From the NCBI GenBank assembly GCA_951406725.2, contig OX597816.1, forward strand, positions 72,168,001 to 72,232,000: 64,000 nt of DNA, read 5' to 3'. Within the stretch, counting starts at the first letter, position 1. Each line of letters opens with the position of its first letter. Made by a program: the position numbers and the translations under genes. Positions 1 through 12,810 of this stretch are shown piece after piece. The DNA comes from Octopus vulgaris. Lineage: Eukaryota. The notes beneath the pieces are model-generated. The model had not been told where the DNA came from. It made no database searches and saw only the letters and a list, made by a program, of their open reading frames with translations.

Positions 1-589
1 AAACATCTGTATTATTTATTTATTTTATTTTATTTATTTACAGGTTGTTGATGGTTGTTGTTGTTGTTGTTATTGTAGTAGTAGTAGCTGCCGGTTGTTG
101 TTCGTGTTATTGTTTCATTATTTGATGACTGAACGCTTATTAAAACTTGCTCTACCCACCAAGACATCTTGATTTATTTAGGTTAGCGTTTGACAGCAAT
201 TAGCCTTTTCATTACGAGCATTGATCCGAACGAGACGAACCGACCGTGATCAAGATGGAGACGCCGACGGTGACAGCGACAACAACGACGACGACGACGA
301 CTACGAAGATGATGGTGATGGTTCATGGTTGTTCACCTTCTCTCTACCTCTTCATTAGCACTATCATCATCGCCATCATCATTGCTATCAAATAGCAGCA
401 GCAGCAGCAGCAGCATCAACAAGACCAACGACACTAATATATCAAATAAATAACGATATATAATTAATACGCACAATAGTAATACAAATAGTACCAATAA
501 TTTTAGTTGCCATGGTATCGTTAATTTCACTTTTCTGATAAAGAAAACAAAATTATTGATTTCTTTTGTCGTCATCGCCACTGTTATTA

Positions 590-1299
590 CCATTATTATT
601 ATTGAGTGAGAGAGCAGCGCATGCCATCAAAGTGACACTGGGGTAGAAATATACGAAACCCAATATACCTATCATGACTACCCGTCTGATAAAGGTACAT
701 ATGGCACATGCATCACAGCTGTATGTGTGCGACATGGTGATCTCATATCAAGATAAACAGCGGGCCCAGTTAGAATTATCGTCAGGTCGAGTAGCCCATC
801 TCGCTCAAAAGGTCTTTGAATAAGGATTATTTAAGGAAGATTAACAAAACACCGATGTTTCCAGAGGTGAATTATCCAAACTCCAAAGAATTCCCTCTTC
901 AGGGTTTAGATAATTCCTCTCAACACATGGCTCTGATGCTCCCCCACTACTTCTGCTCGCGATCAGAGATGCACATATCGTCAGCCACTAAAGAAGATGA
1001 ACAAAACACCCATGTTTCTAGAAGTGAGTTATTCAAACCCCAAAGTATTACTCTCTACACATGGCTATGATGCTCCCATACACACTTTTGCTCGTAATCA
1101 GAGATGCACATATCGTCAGCCACTAAGGGACATACTCAACTGGTTAAGGTCAAGCAAATGACAACCAAATCTGTGGTATTGAGCAGAATATTTGCTGTAG
1201 GCCATCTTTTATATCAAGACAAAACAATGTACATGATAACACTTCCAATAAGTTAAGATCAGCAGCCATGAGAGCCACTGCTTGGTACTGCATCAGGGC

Positions 1300-1302
<3 letters not shown>
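590..1302 (-). mobile_element. Interspersed repeat with (AAT)n tail and an internal ~130-bp duplication
   Basis: 602-705 recurs inverted at ~63010-63115 next to (AAT)n. Block TGTTTC(C/T)AGA...CATATCGTCAGCCACTAA occurs twice (~856-991, ~1013-1126). Confidence 0.6.
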
Positions 1303-1330
<28 letters not shown>

Positions 1331-1434
1331 TAGAATTCTTAGTTGTAACCTATATTGTATCTGAGTGTTATGAATGCCTCTCTCCCGAAATTGCTGGCTT
1401 TGAGCCAAAATATAAAATTATTATTATTATTATT

Positions 1435-2071
1435 GGCGAGCTGGCAGAACCATTAGTACGCCGAACAAAATGCTGGGTAGCATTTCGTCCGTCCTTGCGT
1501 TCTGACTTCAAATTCCGCCGAAGTTGACTTTGCCTTTCATCCTTTCGGAGTCGATAAAATAAGTACCAGTTACGCAGTGAGAACCGATGTAATAAATTAG
1601 TGTCCTCCCTCCAAATTTCAGGCCTTGTGCCCTTAGTAGAAAGGATCATTATTATTGTTATTATTATTATTATCATTATTATCATCCTCATCATTATTAT
1701 TGACAAGCTGGAAGACTTTCTAGCGCGCCGAACAAAATGCTTAGCAGCATTTCATCCGTCTTTACGTTCTGACTCTACACCGAGGTTGACTTAGCCGTTT
1801 ATCCTTTCGGAGTCGATAAAATAAGTACCAGTTGAGTACTGGGATCGATGTAATCGGCTATCCCCCACCCCACAAATTCCAGGCCTTGTACCTTTAGAAG
1901 AAAGAATTATTATTAATATTATCATTATCATCATTATCATTATTATTGTCATCATCATCATCATTATTATTATCATCATCATCATCATTATCATCATTAT
2001 TATTGTTATTATTATTATCATCATCATCATTATTATTATCATCATCATCATAATCATCATCATTATTATTT

Positions 2072-2103
<32 letters not shown>

Positions 2104-2315
2104 TGCGAGCTGGCAGAATCGTTTGCATGCTGAACAAAAATGCTTAGCAGCTTTTCGTCTGTCTTTGTGTTCTGACTTCAAGTTCCGCCGAGATCACCTT
2201 TGCCTTTCGTCCTTTCGGGATCGATAAAATAAATACCAGTTGAGTACTGGGGGGTGGGGGTCGATGTAATCGACTAGGCCCTCGCCTCTGAAATTGCTTA
2301 TGCTAAAATGTGAAA
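1435..2315 (+). mobile_element. Three copies of tRNA-derived SINE family A separated by (ATT/ATC)n tails
   Basis: Copies at ~1435-1645, ~1703-1903, ~2105-2315. Head GGCGAGCTGGCAGAA, B-box-like TTCAAATTCC, body GCCTTTCATCCTTTCGGNGTCGATAAA..AGTACCAG. Confidence 0.85.
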
Positions 2316-2643
2316 TCATTACTGTTATAATTTGTTGTATTAGTAATTGTAATATTGTGAATGTCATGACAAACGGTGTTATTCGTTTTGTAACGTTTTT
2401 CGCTCGTCGACCCTTGTGGCAATAATGGAATATACTGTTATTATTTTTTGTAGCTTTTGCATTTGTTGTTTTGATGTCCCCTCCCCACCACTATTGTTGT
2501 TATTAATATATAATTGACAGATATATTAACCGAACTTTATATCGAATGTAACATGCAGTTTTAATTAGAATATATTTCATCTGTAATTTCAACAACTCAT
2601 AATTATGTAATGAAACGAAAACAAACTGAGTGAAGTGTATATA

Positions 2644-3209
2644 TTGGGTTGTCCGGAAAGTTCGTACCGATTTTTAAAGGAAAGAAAAAGGTCAATAAAT
2701 ACTTGCCATTACATTTTTAATCAACCAAATATGAACTATTTCGTTGCACAATGCGTCTCCATCTTTCCTTTAACTTGAAAATACCCTCTTCCCAGAACTG
2801 AGGTGGTTTCATGGCAAAGAATTCATCAAGGTATCTTTTTGTGTCATCCAAGGAATTGAAATTTTTACCATTAAGACTATTCTGGAGAGACCTGAATAAG
2901 TGGAAATCCCAAGGAGCAATATCTGGTGAATATGGAGGGTGGGGTAACACATCCCAGTCGAGCTGCAGCAATTTTTGTCTGGTTCCCAAAGCATCAAGTG
3001 CCGAAAATGAACTTTCTTATCTTCCATTTTAAAGGGTTACAGAATTGACACAGGTTATAGGAACATAAACCTTCTTCCACGAAAAGATAGCTTAAACTGT
3101 GCCCTAAATTGAGGTGTAGTCAAATCCTATTTTATGGACTCAACCATGTTCTAAAATAAGTCAAAAGGTAAGCTACTATAAATCGGCACGAACTTCCCGG
3201 ACAACCCAA
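2644..3209 (-). mobile_element. Internally deleted mariner (DD34D) element
   Basis: TIRs TTGGGTTGTCCGGAAAGTTCGTACCGATTT / AAATCGGCACGAACTTCCCGGACAACCCAA with TA on both sides. N-terminus MEDKKVHFRHLMLW is joined to C-terminus LPHPPYSPDIAPWDFHLFRSLQN. Confidence 0.92.
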
Positions 3210-3597
3210 TATATTGATACTGATATTAATAGTTTCACGTTGTATTTCACAAGTACACTCTTCTTAATTAGGATAGTAAGGAATTAACGGAGAGAATTCC
3301 GATATATGACACACATTCCAGCATACATACACCAATGTGCCCCTCCGGCTTCGTTTTCTTATAACTTTCAGGAAAACGGGCATTGTATGATGAAATTTTC
3401 TACAGATATCTTCCAAATGGCGTAGATTACGATTACATCGGAATTTAAAGCCTCTTTCCTCAAGAAATCCCAGAAAATTGGTGAGTGTGCACACATACAT
3501 ACTGACACTCATGATATTTTTCAAAATTTCAACTTTCATTTTGTAGATAAATTTGTGATGTGTTTGTTCGCGCTCACCAATATTTTTTCCACATTAA

Positions 3598-3830
3598 GGT
3601 GGCGAGTTGGCAGAAACGCTAGCACGTCGGGCGAAATGCTTAGCGATGTTTCGTCTGCCGCTACATTCTGAGTTCAAATTCCGCCGAGGTCGACTTTGCC
3701 TTTCATCCTTTCGGGGTCGATAAATTAAGCACCAGTTACGCACTGGGGTCGATATAATCGGATTAATCCGTTTGTCTGTCCTTGTTTGTCCTCTCTGTGT
3801 TTAGCCCCTTGTGGGTAATAAAGAAATAGG
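3598..3830 (+). mobile_element. SINE family A, long-tail variant
   Basis: Full head, GAGTTCAAATTCC B-box, body and tail AATCCGTTTGTCTGTCCTTG...AAAGAAATAGG. Confidence 0.88.
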
Positions 3831-3837
3831 TACCAAT

Positions 3838-4103
3838 ATATATTGGTAAAAACGGTAAGATAACAAAAGAAAGAAAGAGACCTCGATATTATGTAAATAG
3901 AGGAATTTATCAGTAAATGCAATATGTGACAATTATTCGGTAGCCAAGATAAAACCCTGAGTTTTGAATGCCGAGGTGGAAATTTTTCATAGCATTTTCC
4001 GATGGCCGGATAACTGAAGAGATGGTGGCGTGGATTTCCACCTCGGCATCCGAAACTCAGAGTTTTATCTTGGCTACCGAATAATTGTCATAGATTACAT
4101 TTA

Positions 4104-4110
<7 letters not shown>
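3838..4110. mobile_element. PLE-type terminal repeat in inverted arrangement (hammerhead family a)
   Basis: ~77-bp inverted arms 3908-3984 / 4033-4110. 3838-3905 recurs at 15445-15510 and 4010-4090 recurs at 8414-8495. Abuts (TA)n. Confidence 0.7.
4009..4069 (+). ncRNA. Minimal type-I hammerhead ribozyme motif (family a)
   Basis: GAUAA-CUGAAGA-stem II (GAUG..GUGG/CCAC..CAUC)-C-GAAA-CUCAGAGUU^UUAUC. Stem I GAUAA/UUAUC. Confidence 0.7.
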
Positions 4111-4134
<24 letters not shown>

Positions 4135-4141
<7 letters not shown>

Positions 4142-4300
4142 GAATTTACAACACAAAAAAGACAAAAAAACCCAAAAGACGAAGACGGGTGTGTAAACAA
4201 CAAACAGATGTATTAGTTTAACGCTCGGAAAGTGAGAAAGTCTTTTACGTTTCGAGCCTACGCTCTTCGACAGGAAGTAACACAGAAATAAACAGGGAGA
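4135..4300 (-). mobile_element. Short (TA)n-embedded element with hammerhead-like motif at 4242-4277 (family b)
   Basis: Minus strand CUUC-CUGUCGA-A-GAGC-GUAG-GCUC-GAAAC-GUA^AAAG. Same element at ~18280-18420 and ~32900-33030. Confidence 0.7.
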
Positions 4301-4344
<44 letters not shown>

Positions 4345-4894
4345 AGAGAGGGAGAGATAGAACGAGCTGCACCAGCATCCTGGTTCATACGCATTACAGT
4401 TAACCAACGTGTGACCCTTTGTCGAGAACAGTGTCGGTGGGGTAGTTTGAATGGGTTGGCAGGTCTGTGAAATGGTAACGCCAGTGCCCCCAAAATCAAG
4501 GTCAGTATAGTCAGATATTACACGTAGGGCAAAAAGGCAAAAACTTGTTCAATCTCGATTTTCAGTATGAAACTGAAATGCCTCGCTAAAGGACACAAAG
4601 AGTCGCTTGGTCCAGGAGCTGAACTCGACTAAATTATAGCGAACCGAACCGCTCTCATTCGTCGAAATCTTATTACATATAAGAATAGCTTAAAGTTTGT
4701 ATATTTTTGATAAATACTTAGGGAAAATTTGTAGGTTCAGCACAGTGGCACACCATGTGACAACACCCACCATACGACACAGGGTAGCACCAAACACTAT
4801 ATGTCGATCGTCAACGTGGAGGGGAATAAGTAAAGTTACCTTCTTGTGTTTTTCCGACTAATGAGGGCTGGCTTCCCCGTTTCTATGGCGTATG

Positions 4895-5027
4895 AATGTG
4901 CCAGCTGGAGCAACGTGAAATGAAGTGTTTTGCTCAAGAACACAATGCATCGCCCGGTCCAGGAATCGAAACCACAATATTACGATCATGAGTCCAACAC
5001 CCTAACCACTAAGCCACGCATCTCCAC
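4895..5027 (-). mobile_element. tRNA-derived SINE family C (5' part)
   Basis: Minus strand GCGTGGCTTAGTGGTTAGGGTG...GGTTTCGATTCC...TTGTGTTCTTGAGCAAAACACTT, as at 11461 and 30095. Confidence 0.75.
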
Positions 5028-5495
5028 GGAGGAGAATAGCAATCGTAGCGTTCTGATCTAACCTGCGTTCACTGTAGATACAACTAAATGTATAGAGATA
5101 AGGTGAGACAAATATGCTTGATAGATGCACGATCGAATCTTCCTGAAGTCACTCATTACCGTCCACCATTTTTCTGTTGAAATGCTTTTGTTTCAATTTT
5201 GAAAATAATAAAGAACTTATTGAAATAACTTTGTTGTTAACTAACTGGAATTTGGAGCAAAAGATAATATAGAAATTTGTATAGTAGGAAATTTGTATCA
5301 TAAAAACCGGGGGTCGGTATCAAAAGGCGGGTTAGTGTTTAACAAAGCAGGACACATTGGGTAATGTAGTCATATATCTACAACACAGGAGAGGAAAACA
5401 AACAAAAACGACAGGATGGTCACTGCTGGAACAATTTTGATCACAGTCTTACCATGCCTGACCTGGGACGAAGCAATGACAGTTGTACTGGAAGT

Positions 5496-5911
5496 CATCA
5501 TCATCATCACTGTTCGACCGTGGTCGAGACAATGGAATTTACTATGTTACGTCAGACTTCACGGTCCATCATAGCATTACGGAGGTCCTGTTGCTGGATG
5601 CCTGTATCTCTGGAGATTACATCAGGGTAGGAGAGTGTGCGCCCTCTGGTATCGCAAGCAGATGGCTTCCAGAGGAGAAGAGTAGAAATTACCTCGTTTA
5701 CAGCTCTACAACAATATCCAGCAAACTGGACTATTCTACCTTTCACAAGAGATGATACAGGTGGTAGTTTCCCCATATATTTGTACTTTGATTGGATGAC
5801 GCTTCCACGAGAGATTTTGAGCTCTCATAAGGAGGCGAGTTTAAGTTCCATCCAACCGCCTCTCAAGCTACTTTGGTAACGTCCAGGTTTCTGAGCCATA
5901 TAGTAGAATTA
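5496..5911 (-). mobile_element. RTE-like LINE 3' fragment with (GAT)n tail, left arm of an inverted pair
   Basis: Minus ORF GKLPPVSSLVKGRIVQFAGYCCRA...DLRNAMMDREV. Reverse complement of 6091-6504. Confidence 0.85.
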
Positions 5912-6086
5912 GGAAAAGGGGTCCAGTATGTCTGACTGTTACTCTGCCTCCTGGACGACTAACGTCTGAGCATCGGATTGTTCAATATGGTCTGCATCTA
6001 GGTGAAGGCAAAGTAGACATCAGAAGTCATAGGTTTTGGGGATCACATCCAATCGTTCGAGCTCCTACCTCTTAGCTAAGAGTCTG

Positions 6087-6504
6087 TCGAACCAATTCTA
6101 CTATATGGCTCAGGAACCTGGACGTTATCAAAGAAGCTTGAGAGGTGGTTGGATGGAACTTACACTCGCCTCCTTATGAGAGCTCAAAATCTCTCGTGGA
6201 AGCGTCATCCAATCAAAGTACAAATATATGGGAAACTACCACCTGTATCATCTCTTGTGAAAGGTAGAAGAGTCCAGTTTGCTGGACATTGTTGTAGAGC
6301 TGAAAACGAGGTAATTTCTACTCTTCTCCTCTGGAAGCCATCTGCTTGCGATACCAGAAGGCGCACACTCTCCTACCCTGATGTAATCTCCAGGGATACA
6401 GGCATCCAGCAACAGGACCTCCGTAATGCTATGATGGACCGTGAAGTCTGGCGTAACACAGTAAATTCCATTGTCTCGACCACGGTCGAATAATGATGAT
6501 GATG
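6087..6504 (+). mobile_element. RTE-like LINE 3' fragment with (GAT)n tail, right arm
   Basis: VEPILLYGSGTW...LDGTYTRLLMRAQNLSWKRH...RRVQFAGHCCR...AMMDREVWRN, typical of the post-RT C-terminus of RTE-type ORFs. Confidence 0.88.
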
Positions 6505-7134
6505 AACAGTCTGTCTGCACTGTCAAGGCTGACACAGGCTACAAAAGAAATGTACCCCCCAACAACGCCATCATCGACACTACTACTACTACTACTACTT
6601 ATTCTGGACCGTACTATACCATTCCTTTAACTTTAATAGACAAAATTGCTAATCGTTGGTTGAACAGAGGTGAGCAAGTGGGGTGTAGGTTATATTTGTA
6701 TTAGTATTAGAATGAGAGTTGTTGCTGTGTTCGTGTGGAGAGGCAGAGAGTGACATGATGTTGTGTAGGTGACAGAGAAAGTAGGAGGATTATCAGGAAA
6801 AAAATGCCTGAGAGAGGGAAGAGAGGTGCTTATTGGGATGAAAGGGGAAAGAGAAAAGCCGGGTACAGGTATGAAAATAAATACAGCTGTCAACTGATAT
6901 TGAATCGGACGAGACAGAGATAGAGAGAGACGGGAGAAGGGAGAGAAATGCGGAGGAGGGGGAGAAGAGAGAGATTAAGATAGAGAAAGAGGAGGGGGAA
7001 AGGGTGAGAGAAAGACGAGAATAATTTGGGGTGGGGTTTCATTTGAAGGTAGACTCTATCACTGTTGGTCGTAGAATGAACATGGGACTTCGAAGTGAGA
7101 ATGGATGCGGCGTGCAGTGTAATATATCTTATCT

Positions 7135-7491
7135 TTTGCTTGCTCCAGTGATTGGACATAGGCCCCGTGCTGGGGTACCGCTTTGAAGGGTTTTAGTCGA
7201 ACGAAAGGGTCCTAGTAATTTTTAAAGCCTGCTACTTATTCTATCTGTCTATTTTGTCGAACCGCTAAGTTACGGGGATATAAATGAACCAATGCCAATT
7301 TTCAGGCGGTGATGGAGGGCACGCACGCACACATTAGATATATATACGGGCCTCTTTCAGTTTCTGTCTACCAAATCCATTCATAAGTCTTTCGTTGGCC
7401 TGAGGATATAACAGAAGACACTTGATCAAGGTGCCACGCAGTGGTTCTGAACCTGGAACCGAGTGGTCGGGAAGTCGACTTCTTACCACAC
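7135..7491 (-). mobile_element. SINE family B (diverged)
   Basis: Matches the family B copy at 10062-10460. Confidence 0.75.
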
Positions 7492-8413
7492 ACATCTATC
7501 TATCTATCTGCCTGCCTGCCTGCCTGTCTGTCCTATAAATGTTTGCCAACACTGCACGAATAGACTAAACCTAGTATCTATAGCCAGTATCTTCCCGGAC
7601 AGAAAATGAAGGAGCAATCGGACCAGTTTCGTCAGTGTTTATAAACCCACTATTACAAAGGGCTCAGATAAATTGAATAATCCGATTTGCATATTAACAC
7701 TTATTCTTGGTAGCTAGGTTGATTGATAAATCGTTGCTGCATTGACAGTAGTTTGTTTCAGTGCTGTTATATTTTACTGTGTATGTCTAAACATCTTAGC
7801 TAACACTAACAAATAGTAGTATTTATCTTGTAAACAGTAAAAAGTATCAGCTTAGTTTAATTTCTGTTGGACTTTCGTCAGAGGCTGGAAACTATTTTTG
7901 ATTGTCCACAGAGACAATGCTTATATATTTATTATAACTAAGGATCTAAATAAAGACCCTATCTGATATAAATAAAAAATGTCTTTGTTAGACACGTATT
8001 GTCTCCAAGCGTGTGAATAACGAGAGAGAGAGAAAAAGAGAAAAAGGGGGAGAGAGACAGATAGAAAACGGTGAAAGAGGGTGGGGAGAAAAAAAGGGAA
8101 TTAGAGAAGGACGAAGAAAACAGTGTGGAGTAGAGTCGCATCAAAAAGGTTAAGATAAACTTACTTGGAAATGGATCGGTGGCGTTCAATTAAACAAATA
8201 TGTGTGTGTGTGTATTTATATGTGTATGCGTTTGTGCTAATCTCCCACCTTCGCTTGACAACCTATGTTGGAGTGTTTACGTCCCCCGTAACATAGCAGT
8301 TCGGCTTAAGTAACCGATAGAATGAAGAATAAGCCTGGGGTCGATTTCTTCTGCATGACCGCAGTCAAATGACTGAAACGGTCATTTTCACAGCATTTTT
8401 TTTTATTGTCTTA

Positions 8414-8472
8414 ATAACTGACGAGATGCCGGGGCAGTTTTCCGCCCCGACATCCGAAACTCGGAGTTTTAT
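8414..8472 (+). ncRNA. Minimal type-I hammerhead motif (family a, second copy)
   Basis: AUAA-CUGACGA-GAUGCCGGGGC-AGUUUUCC-GCCCCGACAUC-C-GAAA-CUCGGAGUU^UUAU. Confidence 0.72.
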
Positions 8473-8515
8473 AATGTCAACCGAATAATTGTCACATATT
8501 ATACTACAGATATTA

Positions 8516-8894
8516 CTCTTTACTCATTTGCTTGTTTCAGTCATTTGACTGAAACACCGCCTTTAGTCGAGTAAATTGACCCCCGAGCTTATTCTTTGTA
8601 AACCTAGTACTTATTCTATCGGTTTCTTTTGCCGAACTGCTAAGTAACGGGGACGTAAACAAACGAGCATCGGTTGTCAAGCACAGACACACAAGCATAT
8701 ACATACATACACACACAAGCATATACATACATACACACACACGCATATACATACATACACACACACACACGCATATACATACATACACACACACATATAC
8801 ATACATACACACACACATATATACATACACACACACACACACACACACGCATATACATACATACACACACACACACACACGCATATACATACAT

Positions 8895-8937
<43 letters not shown>

Positions 8938-8979
8938 TATACATACATACACACACACACATATACATACATACACACA

Positions 8980-9032
<53 letters not shown>

Positions 9033-9200
9033 TATATATATATATATACGATGGGCTTCATTCAGTTTCAGTCTACCAAATCCAGTCACAAATCTTTGGT
9101 CGGCCCGAGGCTATTGTAGAAGACACTTGCCCAAGGTGCGACGTAGTGGGACTGAACCCGGGACTATGTGGTTCGTAAGCAAGCAACTTACCACACAGCC
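8516..9200 (-). mobile_element. SINE family B with ~360-bp expanded internal (CA/TA)n tract
   Basis: Head 9050-9200 and tail 8516-8690 flank a compound microsatellite. Confidence 0.85.
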
Positions 9201-10061
9201 ACACACACACGTGTGTGTGTGTGTGTTTGTATATTCATCATTCAAATAATGTCTAGTACAAGTACGGAGAAGTGTTATTCTCGGTTGTAAGTTCAAACGA
9301 AGACACACACACACGCATTCATTTAAATTGTGTGTGTGTTCGTGTGTGTGCGTGCGTGCGTACTTGTGTGTGCGTTCCTTTCGTGGTTCAATCGGGTACT
9401 CATACATAAACAGTTAGACTCACAATTATAAACTAACACAAACGAACGCATGAAAACAAGGACTCATGCATACACAACCCCAACACACAAATACGTGGAT
9501 CTAGGCCTTCCCACAAAACAAAACCAAGTAAAAACAAAAACGCCAAGCAAACCAAAAACGAATGGATTAACAGTTGTTCTAAGTAGCCCATTTACTGACT
9601 ATTTAGCAGACATTACCACTATGTAAACGGACCGATAAATCCCTCTTTCACAGCTCGGTCGTGACATCAAAGACGTTGCGGCCCTCGTTTCAGAAGATAC
9701 AATAGCCAAATCTTGAATATATTTACCTATATTAATAGATGTCATTTATTTCATTTCCGTCAGCCCGCCTTGTGTGTGTGTGTTTTTTAAATATAGTTTA
9801 TTTATTTATTTATTTTATTCGTTTATTTCTCTCCGAAACAATTTTCATTCCGCTTTTTTTAACTGCTGACATAAATATTCATACAAATTTCGGACAAATA
9901 ACGATGATGATGACAACCAAGAAACTGGTGATAATAGTTATGATTCTACAACAACAACTACCACTTACTAGAAATTTTAAAATAACTACAAGTAGTAGTA
10001 ATTATTGTAGTAATAGTAATAATTATTAAAAAATTTCTACTACTGCTACTACTACTACTAC

Positions 10062-10214
10062 TACTGTGTGGTAAGTAGCTTGCTTACCAACCACATGGTT
10101 CTAGGTTCAGTCCCACTGCGTGGCACCTTGGGCAAGTATCTTCTACTAAGCCTCGGGCCGACCAAAGCCTTGTGAGTGGATTTGGTAGACGGAAACTGAA
10201 TGAAGCCCGACGTG

Positions 10215-10251
<37 letters not shown>

Positions 10252-10460
10252 ATTTGTGTGTCTGTGTTTGTCCCCCCAACATCGCTTGACGACCGATGTG
10301 TTTACGTCCCCGTAACTTAGCGGTTCGGCAAAAGAGACCGATAGAATAAATACTAGGTTTACAAAGAATAAGTTCTGGGGTCGATTTGCTCGACTAAAGG
10401 CGGTGCTCCACCATGGCCACAGTCAAATAACTGAAACAAGTAAAAGAGTAAAAAAGAGTA
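10062..10460 (+). mobile_element. tRNA-derived SINE family B (reference copy)
   Basis: CTGTGTGGTAAGTAGCTTGC..GGTTCAGTCCC head, CORE-like GCACCTTGGGCAAGT, internal microsatellite, tail CTGAAACAAG(TAAAAGAG)n. About 20 copies or fragments in the window. Confidence 0.9.
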
Positions 10461-10833
10461 CTACTAGTAGTTGTAGTAGCAATTATTTAAAACTTTCTAC
10501 TACTAATATTACTAGTAATTATTTTTGAAGTTTTACTACTACTACTACTACTAATTATTTAAACATTTCTACTACTAAGTAAATTTTGGCACAAGGCCAG
10601 CAGTTTTGAGGAAAGGTAGGAGTTGATTGCATCGACCCCAATACATAACTGGTAATTATTTTATCGACTTCGAAAGGATGAACGGCTTAGTCGCAGAACG
10701 TAAAAAACCGGAAGAAACGCCGCTAGACATTTATTCCGACGTGCTAACCATTCTGCCTTACTTCGGTTGAGAGTAAACATGATAAATTTTGTCCTATTGT
10801 TATAATGTATCGCTCACATATAAATATGCACAC

Positions 10834-10896
<63 letters not shown>

Positions 10897-10909
10897 GTGT
10901 ATGTGTGTA

Positions 10910-10951
<42 letters not shown>

Positions 10952-11460
10952 GATTTAGAAATTTCTAGTTTGGTGAACAGGTGGGCATTTAGCCTATCAA
11001 GGAGTGTTGAGCTCAGAGCCGTGGCGAAGGCAACTAAACCAGGGAATGGAGAGCTCTTACAGAAAAACCTGAGGTATGTTATTCATTGAGTTTGTGGCAA
11101 ACACATGAACCAAACTTCTATCAACATTTCTACGAAGTGTGACTGATCCTACACGAGCCTTCACCACTGAAAGCAAATCATCTGTGAGATTAATCTAGCT
11201 GTTGGATCCTCATATGTCCAAGCCGACAGGAGAGTCCACAATACATACACACGTATTTAAATACATTTACATACACATGCATACATATACACACACACAT
11301 GTATATATACACACACACTCTTGATTCCTATAAAGCAAGAATTTATCTTATGCTTTATTTATTAAAGATAATTTTTATTGTGTTTTTCATTCAAATTAAT
11401 TCGACTGACCTTACTGAATTAGTTTTCTTAGCTCCTTCTTGCTTTATACACAATACTATT

Positions 11461-11800
11461 GGTGAAGGCGCATGGCTCAGGGGTAAGAGCGTGGACCTCA
11501 CCATCATGAAGTAGTGAGTTCGATTCCCGGACCGCGCTGTGTGTTGTGTTCTTGCGCAAGGCACTTTATTTCACGTTGCTCCAGTTCACTCAGCTGTAGA
11601 AATGAATTGCGACGCAATTGATGCCGAACTGTATCGTCCTTTACCCTTCCCTTAGATAACATCGGTGGCATGTGGGAAGGAGAGGCTGATATGCATGGGC
11701 GACTGCTGGTCTTCCATAAACAACCTTGCCCGGACTTGTGCCCGAGAGAACTTTCTAGGTGCAATCCCATGGTCATTCATGACCGAAGGGGGTCTTTACC
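11461..11800 (+). mobile_element. tRNA-derived SINE family C (near full length)
   Basis: GGCGCATGGCTCAGGGGTAAGAGC...GAGTTCGATTCCC (A/B boxes), then TTGTGTTCTTGCGCAAGGCACTT. Confidence 0.8.
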
Positions 11801-12201
11801 TTTTATAGGAAATATATGTTCTCTACTCTTATTGTGCAGGAATCAAAGTAAGGTAACTGCTGTGCCTTTGACGCCTATTGAGACAGAAATAGAACAGCTG
11901 TTCTCTTGCCTCCAAACAACCAGACTGTCTTTTCATTAATCGCAATTTTTGCGAATTCATGATTCTTGAGATTATCTCCCTCTTTTCATTCGGTGTTAGT
12001 CCCAATTGCCACTCAGCGATTGTTTTACCTTCTCTGAACGCGAAAATGATTTTCAACAAATCAAAAGGTTATCTTGTGTAGTATTTAACGTACTCAGTAT
12101 TCGTTTTGGTTGCTTAAATTCATGCCAGTTGCCACCCTGAGTTATTTCTCATAGGTCTTTGTTTTAACATTTCTCTCTCTCCCTCTCTAGATATGTAATT
12201 G

Positions 12202-12234
<33 letters not shown>

Positions 12235-12237
<3 letters not shown>

Positions 12238-12810
12238 TATTATAAAAGGCAGATTTTATCTGCCTCCCTTTGGGAGTTATAGAAATCAATACAATATAGG
12301 ATTTCTTCAATTACAATTTACCTACCATTTTTAAGAGTAGAATGCATCGCGTCATGCCAGGTCCAGTTTTTAAAATTTAAACTCCAATTAAGCAAAATTT
12401 ACAGAAAACTCACATTCTGGTGTGTGTGTCAAATGCTTTTCTTAGTCTGGTTTACACCACACGCAAACGCACACACACAGTGTGCAACGAATAAAATGAA
12501 AGTAAATAGCGACAGAGTGATTTGAGGAAGACTAAACTGAAAGTATTTAAACCACTACTCAAAAAATAAAAAAACACAGCAAACAGAAACAAATAAATAC
12601 ATAACCATTTACTCCTCACACAATTTCTTCAATTACAATTTACCTAAGATTTTTCAGAGTACTTCAGTGGGTGATGCCATAAAAAATTTCTTTCAATTTT
12701 ACCACCAATTAAGACAAAATTCGAGAAAACTCAATATTTTAACATATCACTCCGAAAGCATTGATGTACATGTGTGCGTGCGTGAGTGTGTGTGTGTGTG
12801 TCATTCCTCA
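12235..12810 (+). mobile_element. Helitron-like non-autonomous element, 5' TC end; 3' end not located
   Basis: Starts A|TCTTATTATAAAAGGCAG after (TA)n. First ~270 bp nearly identical to 13793 onward. Confidence 0.55.

Noticed and set aside
845-907. Minus-strand CUGAAGA...GAAAC
   Set aside because: The hairpin overlaps the core, stem I is absent, and the duplicated block at ~1013 lacks the core.
7615-7890. CUGACGA / GAAAC-UG-GUC pieces on the minus strand (similar cases at 16722-16850 and 32345-32395)
   Set aside because: No consistent stems I and II could be formed.
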